A stretch of DNA of 64,000 nucleotides from Cyclobacteriaceae bacterium (GCA_016787565.1 JAEUUG010000004.1:325827-389826); one strand, 5' to 3'; numbered from the stretch's first letter, positions 47,723-57,852 are shown. The notes: generated by a model not told the origin, from the sequence alone. Made by a program: numbers and translations.

Positions 47723-48730
47723 CTAGAGTTTTTCGCCAAGCTTTATTGTCTCCAGCAAATGTTTGGTGATGTCATCTGGTTTAACTCCCTCTGCTTCCGC
47801 CTTGAAGTTCATCAGGATGCGGTGACGCAATACCGGGTATGCCACACGAAGCAGATCTTCTTGTGTAACTGCAAACCGCCCCTTGAGTAATGCATGTGCT
47901 TTTGCTGTCAGAATCATGGCCTGGCCTGCCCGAGGTCCTGCGCCCCAGCGCACCCATTCATTAACGAATTTCTCGTTCCTTTCTCCCGGTCGCGTGGCAC
48001 GCACTACGGTGCTGACGTATGCTGTGAGGTCTGCATTGATGTGCACCTCACGAACCAGGCGCTGGGCTTCAAGTATTGTATGACCTTCAATAACCTTATT
48101 AACTGGATTTGATTTTTTTCCGGTTGTACTTTCGAGGATGGTACGCTCTTCTTCTGCAGTGGGGTAATTGATTTTGATGTAGAGCAAGAAGCGGTCGAGC
48201 TGCGCTTCGGGTAGCGGGAAGGTTCCGGCTTGCTCAATCGGATTTTGTGTAGCCAGTATGAAGAAAGGTCTATCCAGCGGATAGGTTATGCCGGCATATG
48301 TTATTTCGAATTCCTGCATCGCCTCCAGTAATGCCGACTGAGTTTTTGGTGATGTACGGTTGATTTCATCAGCCAGAATGATGTTAGCGAATATCGGACC
48401 TTTGTTGAATTTGAAAAATCGTTTTCCCGTTGTATGATCTTCTTCCAGAATCTCCGTACCGATAATATCGGATGGCATCAGGTCTGGCGTAAATTGAATC
48501 CGTCTGAAGTGCAGAGCAATAGCATCGGCCAGCGTCCGTATCATTAATGTCTTAGCCAGACCGGGCACACCTTCCAGTAGCGCATGACCACCCGCCAGGA
48601 AAGTTATCAGGAGTTGATCGATGGTGTATTCCTGGCCCACGATCACTTTGCTGATTTCCTGGCGCAGGTTGTCGAGCCGGGTAATAATTTCCTGGACAGA
48701 TTGTTCAACAGCTTTTAATTCGTTATTCAT
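47723..48730 (-). CDS. moxR: MoxR-family AAA+ ATPase
   Basis: It has Walker A (GVPGLAKTLMIRTLA), Walker B (ILADEINRTSPKTQSALLEAMQE) and sensor motifs. The 335-aa length fits. Confidence 0.9.
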   Translation of the reverse strand: MNNELKAVEQSVQEIITRLDNLRQEISKVIVGQEYTIDQLLITFLAGGHALLEGVPGLAKTLMIRTLADAIALHFRRIQFTPDLMPSDIIGTEILEEDHTTGKRFFKFNKGPIFANIILADEINRTSPKTQSALLEAMQEFEITYAGITYPLDRPFFILATQNPIEQAGTFPLPEAQLDRFLLYIKINYPTAEEERTILESTTGKKSNPVNKVIEGHTILEAQRLVREVHINADLTAYVSTVVRATRPGERNEKFVNEWVRWGAGPRAGQAMILTAKAHALLKGRFAVTQEDLLRVAYPVLRHRILMNFKAEAEGVKPDDITKHLLETIKLGEKL

Positions 48731-48809
48731 GATGTTGTTTTTTAGGCTGAAAGTCCGATCGGTGACAAGAGCGAATAACTTCGGACTTTAGTTTTTACTG
48801 ATTTTACTT

Positions 48810-49448
48810 TTAACTTGTTAACGCGTACATAACAATATTTACACTAAACCGTGTGTTGTCAATTTTATAAAATCGTTTGTTTCGAAAATCATAATCCCAC
48901 TCACAGCCATAGTCTTTGTTGCTGTAAAGTACTGCGATCTTTCCGTTGATTTCGATGGCCTTCAGGTAATCATGAACAAGATCATCACCCCATCCATTTA
49001 ATTCTTGTGATGTAGTGGGTGGTCCGTCAAATTGAAAGAAAAGCGTGTATAGTGGATGCTGATTTGGAATTTTTATCAAAGCTTCCTTTCCAAAAATTCT
49101 TTCCATCTGGGCTTCGAATGATTTGGCAAACAAACCGTCAATATCATGGTTGCAGTCATCCACGAATACAAAACCACCATTTCGAACATACTGCTCAAAG
49201 TTTGTTCGTTCTTGGGCTGTAAACTCGACCAGTTTATGGCCGCTCAGGTAACAAAAGGGGCATCGAAATACAGCATCGCTACTGAGTGGAATGATGTTTT
49301 CAACAGTATCCACTTTCAAGGTTGTATACTCAATCAGGGAGTTCAAAACATTGGAAGGCATGCGCTGATCTACGTCCCAATCGCCTGATTCATATTGGAG
49401 GCGGGTGAAGAAAAAATTATTCAGATTGCGCATACAGAAAGAACGCAA
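48810..49448 (-). CDS. hypothetical protein, DUF4159-like (putative class-I glutamine-amidotransferase-like fold); first gene of MoxR operon
   Basis: The size is about 210 aa. The core GGFVFVDDC and the C-terminus NIVMYALTS match my recollection of DUF4159 proteins found upstream of moxR in Bacteroidota and Planctomycetota. This is unverified, and the start could be at Met6. Confidence 0.5.
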   Translation of the reverse strand: MRSFCMRNLNNFFFTRLQYESGDWDVDQRMPSNVLNSLIEYTTLKVDTVENIIPLSSDAVFRCPFCYLSGHKLVEFTAQERTNFEQYVRNGGFVFVDDCNHDIDGLFAKSFEAQMERIFGKEALIKIPNQHPLYTLFFQFDGPPTTSQELNGWGDDLVHDYLKAIEINGKIAVLYSNKDYGCEWDYDFRNKRFYKIDNTRFSVNIVMYALTS

Positions 49449-49545
49449 TTTCTTTTTTCCTTGGCAATTCGATGGGGTAAATTATATAAGCGGGATATAC
49501 GATTTCCCGGTTGGCCAACGTCAGGTTCAGGGCAGTGATTTGTTT

Positions 49546-50895
49546 CTACCGAAGTTCCAATCCGATTCTTCGGGAAAGGTCGGAGGAGAAAATGTTTTCA
49601 GGATCGTATTTCTTTTTGATCTCAAGCCACTCCTTATGTTGGGGATACATGGCTTTGAAGGTTGCTTCATCCAGGTAGGCATCCTTGCCCAGATAAATTC
49701 TTCCGCCCATGTGCAAGACCATCGCATCTAGTTTTTTAGTGAACGGTTTTAGTTTGGCTGTAATCGGAAAGTCGATGGCGAAGGTATACCCGGCAGAAGG
49801 AAAAGAGAGTAGTCCGCCCTGCGCATTACCAAATTTTTTTAGCACATTCAAAAAGGGTACACAATCACTTTTGGTTATCTCCTCCAGAATTTTCCGGATG
49901 TTCTCTTTTCCGTCTTTCTCGGGCAACACAAACTGGTATTGAATAAAACCGCGCTTGCCGTAGCCTTTGTTCCAGTTATTAATCATATCCAGTGGATAGA
50001 AGAATTTGTCATAATGCGCTATGCCATTGCCTCTCTTTTGCAGTTGATAAAGAAGCATATTGAGAATGCGAACGGTTACCATGTTTAGGGTGAAGCCTGG
50101 CAAATAAATGGGGATGGTTAGGGTTGGCTTTTTGCCGATCTTGAGGGGATTGGCTTTCAGTTTTTCGGGTAGATCAGAAAGCTTAGCGTGATTTCCCATA
50201 GTTAATACACCACGCCCCAGGCTTTTTCCTTTTGCCATAGAGTCGAGCCATGCCACTGATGAGGTGTAGTTTTTGTCGCTGTCATCAATGGCTTGCAGCA
50301 TCTCATCCAGATTTTTAGCAGCAACGGCTTTTTGAACAAAGTAAGTAGTTTCGATTTTTCGCAATTGTATCCGGGCGGTAAGAATAGTGCCCAATAGACC
50401 CAGTCCGCCAAAGTTCGCCCAGAACAAATCACTGTTTTCTTCACGGCTTGCTACCACTATACGGCCATCGGGTAACGCAATGGTAAAATCAAGAACACAG
50501 TTTACAAAAGAACCATCCACATGATGGGCTTTGCCATGCACATCATTAGCAATGGCCCCTCCAATGGTAACATACTTGGTTCCGGGGGTAATCATAGGGA
50601 ACCAACCACGGGGTGCCAGGTAATGAATGATATCTTCCAAGCTTGATCCAGCTTCACATTCCAGGATTCCGTTGTGCTGATCGAAGGAAAGAAAGCGATT
50701 CATTTTCTCCAGTTTCAACACCACATGACCTGTGTTGGTGGCCTGATCGGCATAACTCCTTCCTAAACCTCGCGGAAGAAGCTTATCCAGCGTAAAAGCT
50801 TCAATAATTTCGTGCGTTGATCGCGGATATAAAACTTTGTTAACAGACTGGGGAATGTTGCCCCATCCGGAAAGCGTTTCTTCAATGAAGTTCAT
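49546..50895 (-). CDS. FAD-binding oxidoreductase, PCMH-type (DprE1 / alditol-oxidase-like)
   Basis: It has the FAD-binding PCMH motifs PRGLGRSYADQA and the GGAIANDVHGK region. The start was moved to MNFIEETLSGWG. Confidence 0.8.
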   Translation of the reverse strand: MNFIEETLSGWGNIPQSVNKVLYPRSTHEIIEAFTLDKLLPRGLGRSYADQATNTGHVVLKLEKMNRFLSFDQHNGILECEAGSSLEDIIHYLAPRGWFPMITPGTKYVTIGGAIANDVHGKAHHVDGSFVNCVLDFTIALPDGRIVVASREENSDLFWANFGGLGLLGTILTARIQLRKIETTYFVQKAVAAKNLDEMLQAIDDSDKNYTSSVAWLDSMAKGKSLGRGVLTMGNHAKLSDLPEKLKANPLKIGKKPTLTIPIYLPGFTLNMVTVRILNMLLYQLQKRGNGIAHYDKFFYPLDMINNWNKGYGKRGFIQYQFVLPEKDGKENIRKILEEITKSDCVPFLNVLKKFGNAQGGLLSFPSAGYTFAIDFPITAKLKPFTKKLDAMVLHMGGRIYLGKDAYLDEATFKAMYPQHKEWLEIKKKYDPENIFSSDLSRRIGLELR

Positions 50896-50961
50896 AGCGT
50901 AAGCCCCAGTAGACACTCGAAAATTAGGGAATAATTCAAAGTGTTAAGGATATATATAAAC

Positions 50962-50992
50962 AAAAATCCCCGGATTTTTGCCGGGGATTTTG
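50962..50992 (-). terminator. rho-independent terminator downstream of TldD/PmbA pair
   Basis: The hairpin atccccgg-attttt-g-ccggggat, read on the minus strand, is followed by a T-run. Confidence 0.6.
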
Positions 50993-51012
50993 ATGATACT
51001 GATCATGTCAGA

Positions 51013-52347
51013 TCAGACAGCATCTGATAAGCTGCTAAACGTAAAGTCCCTGATTTTCATTGACGGAATCATCAGACTTGTACCACCTTCGCTGGTTACA
51101 GCCCGTTCGGGTCTGCCAAGTGTTTCCAGGTTGTTCAACATTATAATCGGACTTTCATTAAACCGGAAGTTTTTGATGGGGTGTTTGATTTTTCCATTTT
51201 CAATGTAAAAAGTTCCATCACGTGTCAAACCAGTATACAGTAGCGTTTGCGGATCCACCGGGCGGATATACCAAAAACGTGTTACCAGAATTCCTTTCTT
51301 CGTGTCTTTAATCATATCTTCCAACGAGGCATTGCCACCTTCCATAATGGCATTACCGGGAAAGGGAATAGGCGCAACATTCTTTTGTGATGCCCAGTAC
51401 CGGTCGTAAAAGAGATTTGAAACAACTCCGTTTTTAATGATGTCCATTTTCCTGCGCGCCTGCCCATCACCCGTCCAGGGAGAAGTGGGCAACTCATCAT
51501 TCCATGGATCGGTGTAAATGTTCACCCGTTCGTCAACAAGTTTTTCGCCCAGTTTCGTGCCTCCACCTTTTTTAGAGAGAAAGCTGCGTCCTTCATCTGC
51601 CTGGCGGGCATTCATGTTTAACATGAGTCGGATTAAATCGGCCGAAGCAGAAGCCTCCAACACAACGGTATATTTACCAGGTTCTATGGCTTTCGCATTT
51701 CTTGACATCAATGCTTTGTCGATGGCGATCTTCGAGGTTTGTGCTGCATTGAGTTTGCTTATATCATTGAGGTCGCGTGCAGCCCATCCGGATCCGGTTC
51801 CATCATTTGAACGCATCGTTACAGTGAAGTCAACACTGGTGGCTTTGTTGTAAGCGAAAAGTCCTGCGCTGTTCATGATCGCATTGAAACCTTTGCTGTC
51901 TTCCAAATAGCCTGCGGCTGTAACATCTTTTGCTGATGCCGGAATGATGCTATCGGCTGCTGCCTGCGCACGGTATTCCGGAGTAATTTTAGCGGTAGCT
52001 TCTGAATATGTTTTGGATTCGCCACCATATGTTTGCTGTGGCAGTGGTGGCATGAACTCCGGATTCTCAGGTGAGAATTGTGCCAGTTCTTCCGAACGTC
52101 TTACTGCCTTTTCCAATGATGCATCATCGAATTCGTTGATGGTGGCACTTCCTGATTTCTTACCGAAAAATGAATTTATACCCAACGAAATATTACTGTT
52201 TTCACCCGCGGTTGAAACACTGTTTCGTGCATAGCGGATGTTGCCGCGTTCTGATCCGTTAAGACTAACAGAACAGCCTTCTGCTTTAGAAAAGCCTATG
52301 ACTTTTTCTAGTATTTTTTTAGCTTCTTCTTTTGAAAATATAGCCAT
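51013..52347 (-). CDS. TldD/PmbA family metalloprotease subunit
   Basis: The N-terminal and C-terminal domains of the TldD/PmbA family are present. The length is 444 aa. It is adjacent to a second family member. Confidence 0.8.
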   Translation of the reverse strand: MAIFSKEEAKKILEKVIGFSKAEGCSVSLNGSERGNIRYARNSVSTAGENSNISLGINSFFGKKSGSATINEFDDASLEKAVRRSEELAQFSPENPEFMPPLPQQTYGGESKTYSEATAKITPEYRAQAAADSIIPASAKDVTAAGYLEDSKGFNAIMNSAGLFAYNKATSVDFTVTMRSNDGTGSGWAARDLNDISKLNAAQTSKIAIDKALMSRNAKAIEPGKYTVVLEASASADLIRLMLNMNARQADEGRSFLSKKGGGTKLGEKLVDERVNIYTDPWNDELPTSPWTGDGQARRKMDIIKNGVVSNLFYDRYWASQKNVAPIPFPGNAIMEGGNASLEDMIKDTKKGILVTRFWYIRPVDPQTLLYTGLTRDGTFYIENGKIKHPIKNFRFNESPIIMLNNLETLGRPERAVTSEGGTSLMIPSMKIRDFTFSSLSDAV

Positions 52348-52357
52348 GAGTTTCTGA

Positions 52358-53998
52358 TTAAATGGTTCTGCCAGTGTTGATTACATTGATGCCGTTAAAA
52401 CGAGTGGTGGAACTTCCGTGGGATACGGCACTCACCTGAGCAGGTTGACCTTTTCCATCAAAGAAAGAACCAAACGTTCTATAGTCCCGTTCATCACAAA
52501 TTTTCACACAACTGTTCCAGAACTCCTGAGTATTAGATTGGTATGCTACATCATTTAGCATGCCGGCAATCTTACCGTTCTTGATTTCGTAGAATACGGT
52601 GCCACCAAACTGGAAGTTATACCGTTGCTGGTCGATGGAAAAGGAACCACGTCCGGCAATATAAATTCCTTTCTCCACATCGCTGATCATTTGGTCAACA
52701 GTGTAAGGATCCTTTCCCGGTGCTAACGAAACATTGGGCATGCGCTGAAACTGTACATCACTCCAGCTCTGGGAGTAACAGCAGCCGTGTGATTCATTTT
52801 CTCCGATAATGTGTGCCTGATCGCGGATAGCTTGATAGTTTACAAGAATACCATCTTTGATCAGGTCCCAACGTTTGCACTTCACGCCTTCATCATCATA
52901 ACCCACAGCGCCCAATGAACCGGTCTGTGTTTTGTCAGCGAAGATGTTGACGATATCACTGCCATATTTAAAATTACCAGATTTTAATTTGTCGATCGTG
53001 GCAAAACTTGTTCCTGCATAGTTGGCCTCGTAACCCAGCACCCGGTCTAACTCAAGCGGGTGTCCAACAGACTCATGGATGGTGAGGCCAAGGTGATTAG
53101 GCTCCAATACTATATCATATTTTCCGGGCTCAACGCTTTTTGCTGCGAGGCTTTCCCTGGCTTGTTTAGCACCCATGGTTGCATCCTCCACCATGTCGTA
53201 ACTATTTCGGTAGAGGGTTATTCCGGCAGGTCCTTGAATTTTATCATCCTTTTTTGGAATCATGTATTCGTACCCCATACCCATAGGTGAACTCAAGGCT
53301 TCGCGCGATTTGAATTTTCCGGAGGCCTTATCGATGGCTGTAATGCTGAATGTCGGCCAAATGCGATGGACATCCTGATCGATGTAAGAGCCCTCTGTTG
53401 AGGCAAAATACTTCTGCTCGTTTATCTGGAATAGATTAGAGTTTACAAAACTTGCTCCATTCTCCATAGCGGCCGCATTTGCAGCTAACAACAAACTGAC
53501 TTTCTCAGACACAGGAACTTCAAAAGCGTTTTTCAGCAGTGGGGTTTTCCAACTGACCTCCCCATAGCCTTGAACCTTGGCGAGTTTAACAGGTTCCTTC
53601 TGAAATTTAGAATTAGCTTTTGCGATCGCGACAGCGCGCTCGGTAGCTTTTTTGATTCCCTCAGCCGTCACATCGTTTGTAGCAGCAAAGCCCCAGGTTC
53701 CATTTGCGATAACGCGAATACCCGTTCCAAACGATTCACTATTTACAATATTCTGAACCTTGTTCTCCCGTGTGGAGATAAACTGGTTCAGGTATCGCCC
53801 GATTCGGATGTCGGCATAAGTTGCACCTTTTGATCTGGCCGCGTTAAGGGCCACATCGGCTAATTGTTTTTTTTGAGCATTGTCCAGCGGAACGTCTAAT
53901 AACGCTTCTACAGGAACGGCATTACCCAATGTCGGAAAAGGCATGAGCATACCGCCAATGCCTAATCCTGCCAGCTGAACAAAATCTCTTCTTTTCAA
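52358..53998 (-). CDS. TldD/PmbA family metalloprotease subunit with twin-arginine (Tat) signal
   Basis: The N-terminus (MKRRDFVQLAGLGIGGMLMPFPTLGNA) carries an RR-motif Tat signal. TldD-like domains follow. The length is 546 aa. Confidence 0.8.
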   Translation of the reverse strand: MKRRDFVQLAGLGIGGMLMPFPTLGNAVPVEALLDVPLDNAQKKQLADVALNAARSKGATYADIRIGRYLNQFISTRENKVQNIVNSESFGTGIRVIANGTWGFAATNDVTAEGIKKATERAVAIAKANSKFQKEPVKLAKVQGYGEVSWKTPLLKNAFEVPVSEKVSLLLAANAAAMENGASFVNSNLFQINEQKYFASTEGSYIDQDVHRIWPTFSITAIDKASGKFKSREALSSPMGMGYEYMIPKKDDKIQGPAGITLYRNSYDMVEDATMGAKQARESLAAKSVEPGKYDIVLEPNHLGLTIHESVGHPLELDRVLGYEANYAGTSFATIDKLKSGNFKYGSDIVNIFADKTQTGSLGAVGYDDEGVKCKRWDLIKDGILVNYQAIRDQAHIIGENESHGCCYSQSWSDVQFQRMPNVSLAPGKDPYTVDQMISDVEKGIYIAGRGSFSIDQQRYNFQFGGTVFYEIKNGKIAGMLNDVAYQSNTQEFWNSCVKICDERDYRTFGSFFDGKGQPAQVSAVSHGSSTTRFNGINVINTGRTI

Positions 53999-54051
53999 GG
54001 TGTATAGAATTTTGGTTAATGAGCTTATTTTTCAACAAGGTTTCTAATTCC

Positions 54052-54093
54052 TCGTCAAAAAACAACAGGGGATACCAATTTTGGTATCCCCTG
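54052..54093 (-). terminator. rho-independent terminator downstream of accC
   Basis: A 12-bp perfect stem (caggggatacca / tggtatcccctg) is followed on the minus strand by ttgtttttt. Confidence 0.65.
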
Positions 54094-54146
54094 CTTATAG
54101 CTTATGTGAATGGTAATTCAGCGTGAATGAACTCCCCCGCAAGGGG

Positions 54147-55496
54147 TTATTTCAAATCGGAAAAATCAAACGATGTTTCCAGGAACTTGGTGGTAAACTT
54201 ACCTGATCTGAAAATAGCGTTGTCCATCAACTTGATGTGGAATGGAATAGTTGTCTTTATGCCTTCAATGACAAACTCCTGCAAAGCGCGTTTCATCCGG
54301 GTGATTACCTCTTCACGCGACTGGCCGGTTACGATAAGTTTGGCAATCATGGAGTCATAATTTGGAGGAATGGTGTAACCTGCATACACGTGGCTGTCGA
54401 TACGTACACCATGACCACCCGGCATGTGGAGGTTCGTGATTTTTCCAGGAGATGGACGGAATCCGTTTGCCGGATCCTCGGCATTGATGCGGCATTCCAT
54501 CGCAAATAAATTCGGGAAGTAATTTGTTCCGGAAATCGGAACTCCGGCCGCCACTTTTATTTGTTCTTTGATGAGGTCGTAATCTGTCACCTCTTCGGTG
54601 ATCGGGTGCTCTACCTGAATGCGGGTATTCATTTCCATGAAATAAAATTTCCCATGTCTATCAACCAGAAATTCAATTGTACCCACACCCTCATAGTTGA
54701 TGGCCATCGCTCCGCGGATGGCGGCTTCACCCATTTTTTCACGTAACTCCTGGCTAACAATAGGAGAAGGAGTTTCTTCCACCAGTTTTTGATGTCTGCG
54801 CTGAATAGAGCAATCCCGTTCGGATAAGTGACACACTTTGCCGTATTGATCGCCCACAAGTTGTATTTCAATGTGACGCGGCTCTTCAACAAATTTCTCG
54901 AGGTACAAGCCATCGTTTCCAAAGGAAGCACCGGCTTCACGCTTAGCATCATCCCAGGCTTTTTTAAATTCACTCTCATCATTGATGATGCGCATACCCT
55001 TACCACCACCACCGGCTGTTGCCTTTACAATTACCGGATAGCCTATCTCTTTTGATAGTTGGATACCTTCTTCAACAGAGCTTAATAAACCATCGGAGCC
55101 CGGTATAGTGGGTACGCCAGCTTTCTTCATCGTATCCTTGGCGGTAGATTTATCGCCCATGGCCTGAATCATTGCCGGTGTAGGACCGATAAATTTAATT
55201 CCGTACTCGTGGCAGATAGCCGAAAATTCTGCACGCTCCGAAAGAAATCCATAGCCAGGATGAATAGCATCGGCATTGGTAATTTCGGCAGCTGAGATTA
55301 TCCTCGGAATATTCAGGTAGGAATCTTTGCTGGGGGCATCACCGATGCAGACCGCCTCATCTGCGAAGCGTACATGAAGGCTTTCCCGATCGGCTGTTGA
55401 ATAAACAGCTACAGTTTTAATACCCATTTCTCGGCAGGTGCGAATGATGCGCAGGGCAATTTCACCACGGTTAGCTATTAATATTTTCTTAAACAC
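54147..55496 (-). CDS. accC: acetyl-CoA carboxylase biotin carboxylase subunit
   Basis: The ATP-grasp domain and the biotin carboxylase N-terminus ([26 protein letters not shown]) are present. The length is 449 aa. Confidence 0.95.
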   Translation of the reverse strand: MFKKILIANRGEIALRIIRTCREMGIKTVAVYSTADRESLHVRFADEAVCIGDAPSKDSYLNIPRIISAAEITNADAIHPGYGFLSERAEFSAICHEYGIKFIGPTPAMIQAMGDKSTAKDTMKKAGVPTIPGSDGLLSSVEEGIQLSKEIGYPVIVKATAGGGGKGMRIINDESEFKKAWDDAKREAGASFGNDGLYLEKFVEEPRHIEIQLVGDQYGKVCHLSERDCSIQRRHQKLVEETPSPIVSQELREKMGEAAIRGAMAINYEGVGTIEFLVDRHGKFYFMEMNTRIQVEHPITEEVTDYDLIKEQIKVAAGVPISGTNYFPNLFAMECRINAEDPANGFRPSPGKITNLHMPGGHGVRIDSHVYAGYTIPPNYDSMIAKLIVTGQSREEVITRMKRALQEFVIEGIKTTIPFHIKLMDNAIFRSGKFTTKFLETSFDFSDLK

Positions 55497-55581
55497 AGTG
55501 CTTGGGGTTAAGGCTTAACAATCAAAAACCCATTCACCATCGAGTTAATATTTTCGATGATGAATGGGCTTGTTATAGGTA

Positions 55582-56169
55582 TTAATCAGGTTCTACAACG
55601 AACAATACCTGGTCGTATTCTACCGGAGTAGAGTTCTCGATCATAACTTTCACAATGGTTCCGGATACCTCCGATTCAATTTCATTGAACAGTTTCATCG
55701 CTTCAATGATGCATACAGGTTGACCCTTCGAAACTTTGTCACCAACAGAAACAAAGGGTGGAGAGTCAGGAGTGCCCGAGCGATAGAATGTACCAATCAT
55801 GGGCGATTTTATTTCGATGGTTTTTTTACCCGATGCTGCCTCAGTTACTCTTTCCGATTTTGCCGCTTGTACAGCGGGTGCTGAAGCAACCGAGGAGATG
55901 ACGGGTGCAGCTGCGATGGTGGCGGCTGGAGCAACCACCGGAACTGGTGAAGATTTGAATACCTTTTGATCGGGCTCGCGCTTGACGCTCAGTTTTAATT
56001 CCTTTGTTTCGATGTTGACTTCATTCAAACCTGATTTGGAAATAAAGTCGATGAGGTCACGGATTTCAGATGTTTTCATTTCAGGTTGGTTAGTTGATCC
56101 CGAATCAGAAGAAGAGCGAGGAGGTTTTGATTCCTTCTTGGCAGTTGATTTGGCACTGGTTTTACTCAT
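55582..56169 (-). CDS. accB: acetyl-CoA carboxylase biotin carboxyl carrier protein
   Basis: It has the biotinyl-lysine motif ([15 protein letters not shown]) and an Ala/Pro-rich linker. Confidence 0.9.
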   Translation of the reverse strand: MSKTSAKSTAKKESKPPRSSSDSGSTNQPEMKTSEIRDLIDFISKSGLNEVNIETKELKLSVKREPDQKVFKSSPVPVVAPAATIAAAPVISSVASAPAVQAAKSERVTEAASGKKTIEIKSPMIGTFYRSGTPDSPPFVSVGDKVSKGQPVCIIEAMKLFNEIESEVSGTIVKVMIENSTPVEYDQVLFVVEPD

Positions 56170-56186
56170 GATTCTTTAGTTTGTGA

Positions 56187-56753
56187 TTATTCCTTAACAC
56201 GTTCAACATACGATCCGTTGCGTGTATCGATTTTTATTTTGTCTCCGGTGTTTACAAAAAGCGGTACGCGAATTTCGGTTCCGTTCTCCAGTGTGGCAGC
56301 TTTAAGCGTACGGGTTGCTGTATCGCCCTGAACTCCGGGTTCCGTATACTGAACTTCCATTACAACGTGTGAAGGCGCCTCTGCGGTAATAGCGTTGGCA
56401 CCATTTTCAAAAGCAATCAACAGGGTTACACCTTCTTTGATGTAATTAACAGCATCACCTAATAAAACTTTATCCAGGTATATCTGATCAAAGGTCTCGT
56501 TATCCATACACACCAGACTGTTTCCATCCGCATACAGGTACTGGTATTCTTTTGTTTCAACGCGCAGGATTTCAACCTCATCGCCCGGACGGAAGCGGTT
56601 TTCGGCTACTTTTCCATTGCGCACGTTACGCATTTTAATCTGGTAAAAAGCACGAAGGTTTCCAGGGGTACGGTGTTGTAATTCCTCCACCTGAACGACC
56701 TCACCATTATACCGCATGAAATTACCTTTGCTTAAATCTGATACAGTTGCCAT
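56187..56753 (-). CDS. efp: elongation factor P
   Basis: It is 188 aa with three OB-like domains. The N-terminus is typical of EF-P (MATVSDLSKGNFMRYNGE). Confidence 0.95.
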   Translation of the reverse strand: MATVSDLSKGNFMRYNGEVVQVEELQHRTPGNLRAFYQIKMRNVRNGKVAENRFRPGDEVEILRVETKEYQYLYADGNSLVCMDNETFDQIYLDKVLLGDAVNYIKEGVTLLIAFENGANAITAEAPSHVVMEVQYTEPGVQGDTATRTLKAATLENGTEIRVPLFVNTGDKIKIDTRNGSYVERVKE

Positions 56754-56853
56754 AAAAATAAAACGACTTTAATTTACAAATGAAAATAGGATTTACAAGT
56801 TTACCCTCCATGTTCGCAAAGGTGCGATGCCAAGGGGCTAGGGATGTTTAATT

Positions 56854-57852
56854 TTAATTTGCGGTATAGGCCCATTTTACATAGACGGAGCCCCATGTAA
56901 AGCCTCCCCCAAAGGCAGCAATAATAATGTTATCACCTTTCTTCAGTTTCTTTTCATAATCCCAAAGTAATAAAGGAATTGTGCCGGCAGTGGTATTGCC
57001 ATATTTTTCAATATTCATCATCACCTTATCTTCGGTAATACCCATGCGATCAGCGGTGGCATCAATTATGCGCTTGTTGGCTTGATGTGGTGCGAGCCAT
57101 GAAACATCATCTCCTTTCAGATTATTGCGCTCCATGATTTTTGCTGATATATCAGCCATATTGGTTACTGCAAATTTAAATACAGAGGCACCCTCCTGAT
57201 AAACATAATGAAGATGCTGATCGATAGATTCATGCGATGCAGGTATACGGCTTCCGCCTGCTTTCATGTTCAGATAATTGGCTCCGGTGCCATCACTTCG
57301 GTGAATAGAATCGATGATGCCAACCTGATCGGTGGTTGGTTCCAGTAGAACAGCACCAGCGCCATCGCCAAAAATGATACAGGTTGTGCGGTCTTTGTAG
57401 TTGATGATCGATGACATTTTATCGCCACCAATAACGATAACTTTTTTGTACATACCCGATTCAATGTACTTGGCACCGGTGGTCAAAGCATAAATAAAAC
57501 CTGAACAGGCAGCGCTAATATCGAAACTAAAAGCATTGGTTGCGCCCACTTCAGCGGCTACAATGTTGGCTGAAGCTGGGAAGGGCATATCAGGCGTTAC
57601 CGTGGCAAAAATAATCAGGTCAATGTCTTTCGGATCCGTTTTGGTCTTGGTAAGTAAATCTTTTACAGCTGCAGCACCCATTACCGAAACGCCCTGATTC
57701 TCACCTTTTAATATTCTGCGTTCCTTGATGCCGGTTCGGCTGGTGATCCACTCATCACTGGTTTCCACCATAGTTTCAAGTTCCTTGTTGGTTAAAATGT
57801 AGTCTGGAACATATCCTCCAACTCCGGTGATGGCAGCTTTTACGTTATTCAT
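56854..57852 (-). CDS. fabH: beta-ketoacyl-ACP synthase III
   Basis: It has the active-site Cys (ISAACSGFIYAL) and the FabH C-terminus. The start was moved to MNNVKAAITGVGGYVP. The track ORF adds 30 non-homologous codons. Confidence 0.9.
   Translation of the reverse strand: MNNVKAAITGVGGYVPDYILTNKELETMVETSDEWITSRTGIKERRILKGENQGVSVMGAAAVKDLLTKTKTDPKDIDLIIFATVTPDMPFPASANIVAAEVGATNAFSFDISAACSGFIYALTTGAKYIESGMYKKVIVIGGDKMSSIINYKDRTTCIIFGDGAGAVLLEPTTDQVGIIDSIHRSDGTGANYLNMKAGGSRIPASHESIDQHLHYVYQEGASVFKFAVTNMADISAKIMERNNLKGDDVSWLAPHQANKRIIDATADRMGITEDKVMMNIEKYGNTTAGTIPLLLWDYEKKLKKGDNIIIAAFGGGFTWGSVYVKWAYTAN

Noticed and set aside
54128-54150. Second short hairpin (ccccgcaagggg) at the accC stop
   Set aside because: The stem is only 4-5 bp and it overlaps the stop codon. 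The adjacent 12-bp stem terminator at 54052-54093 is the convincing one.
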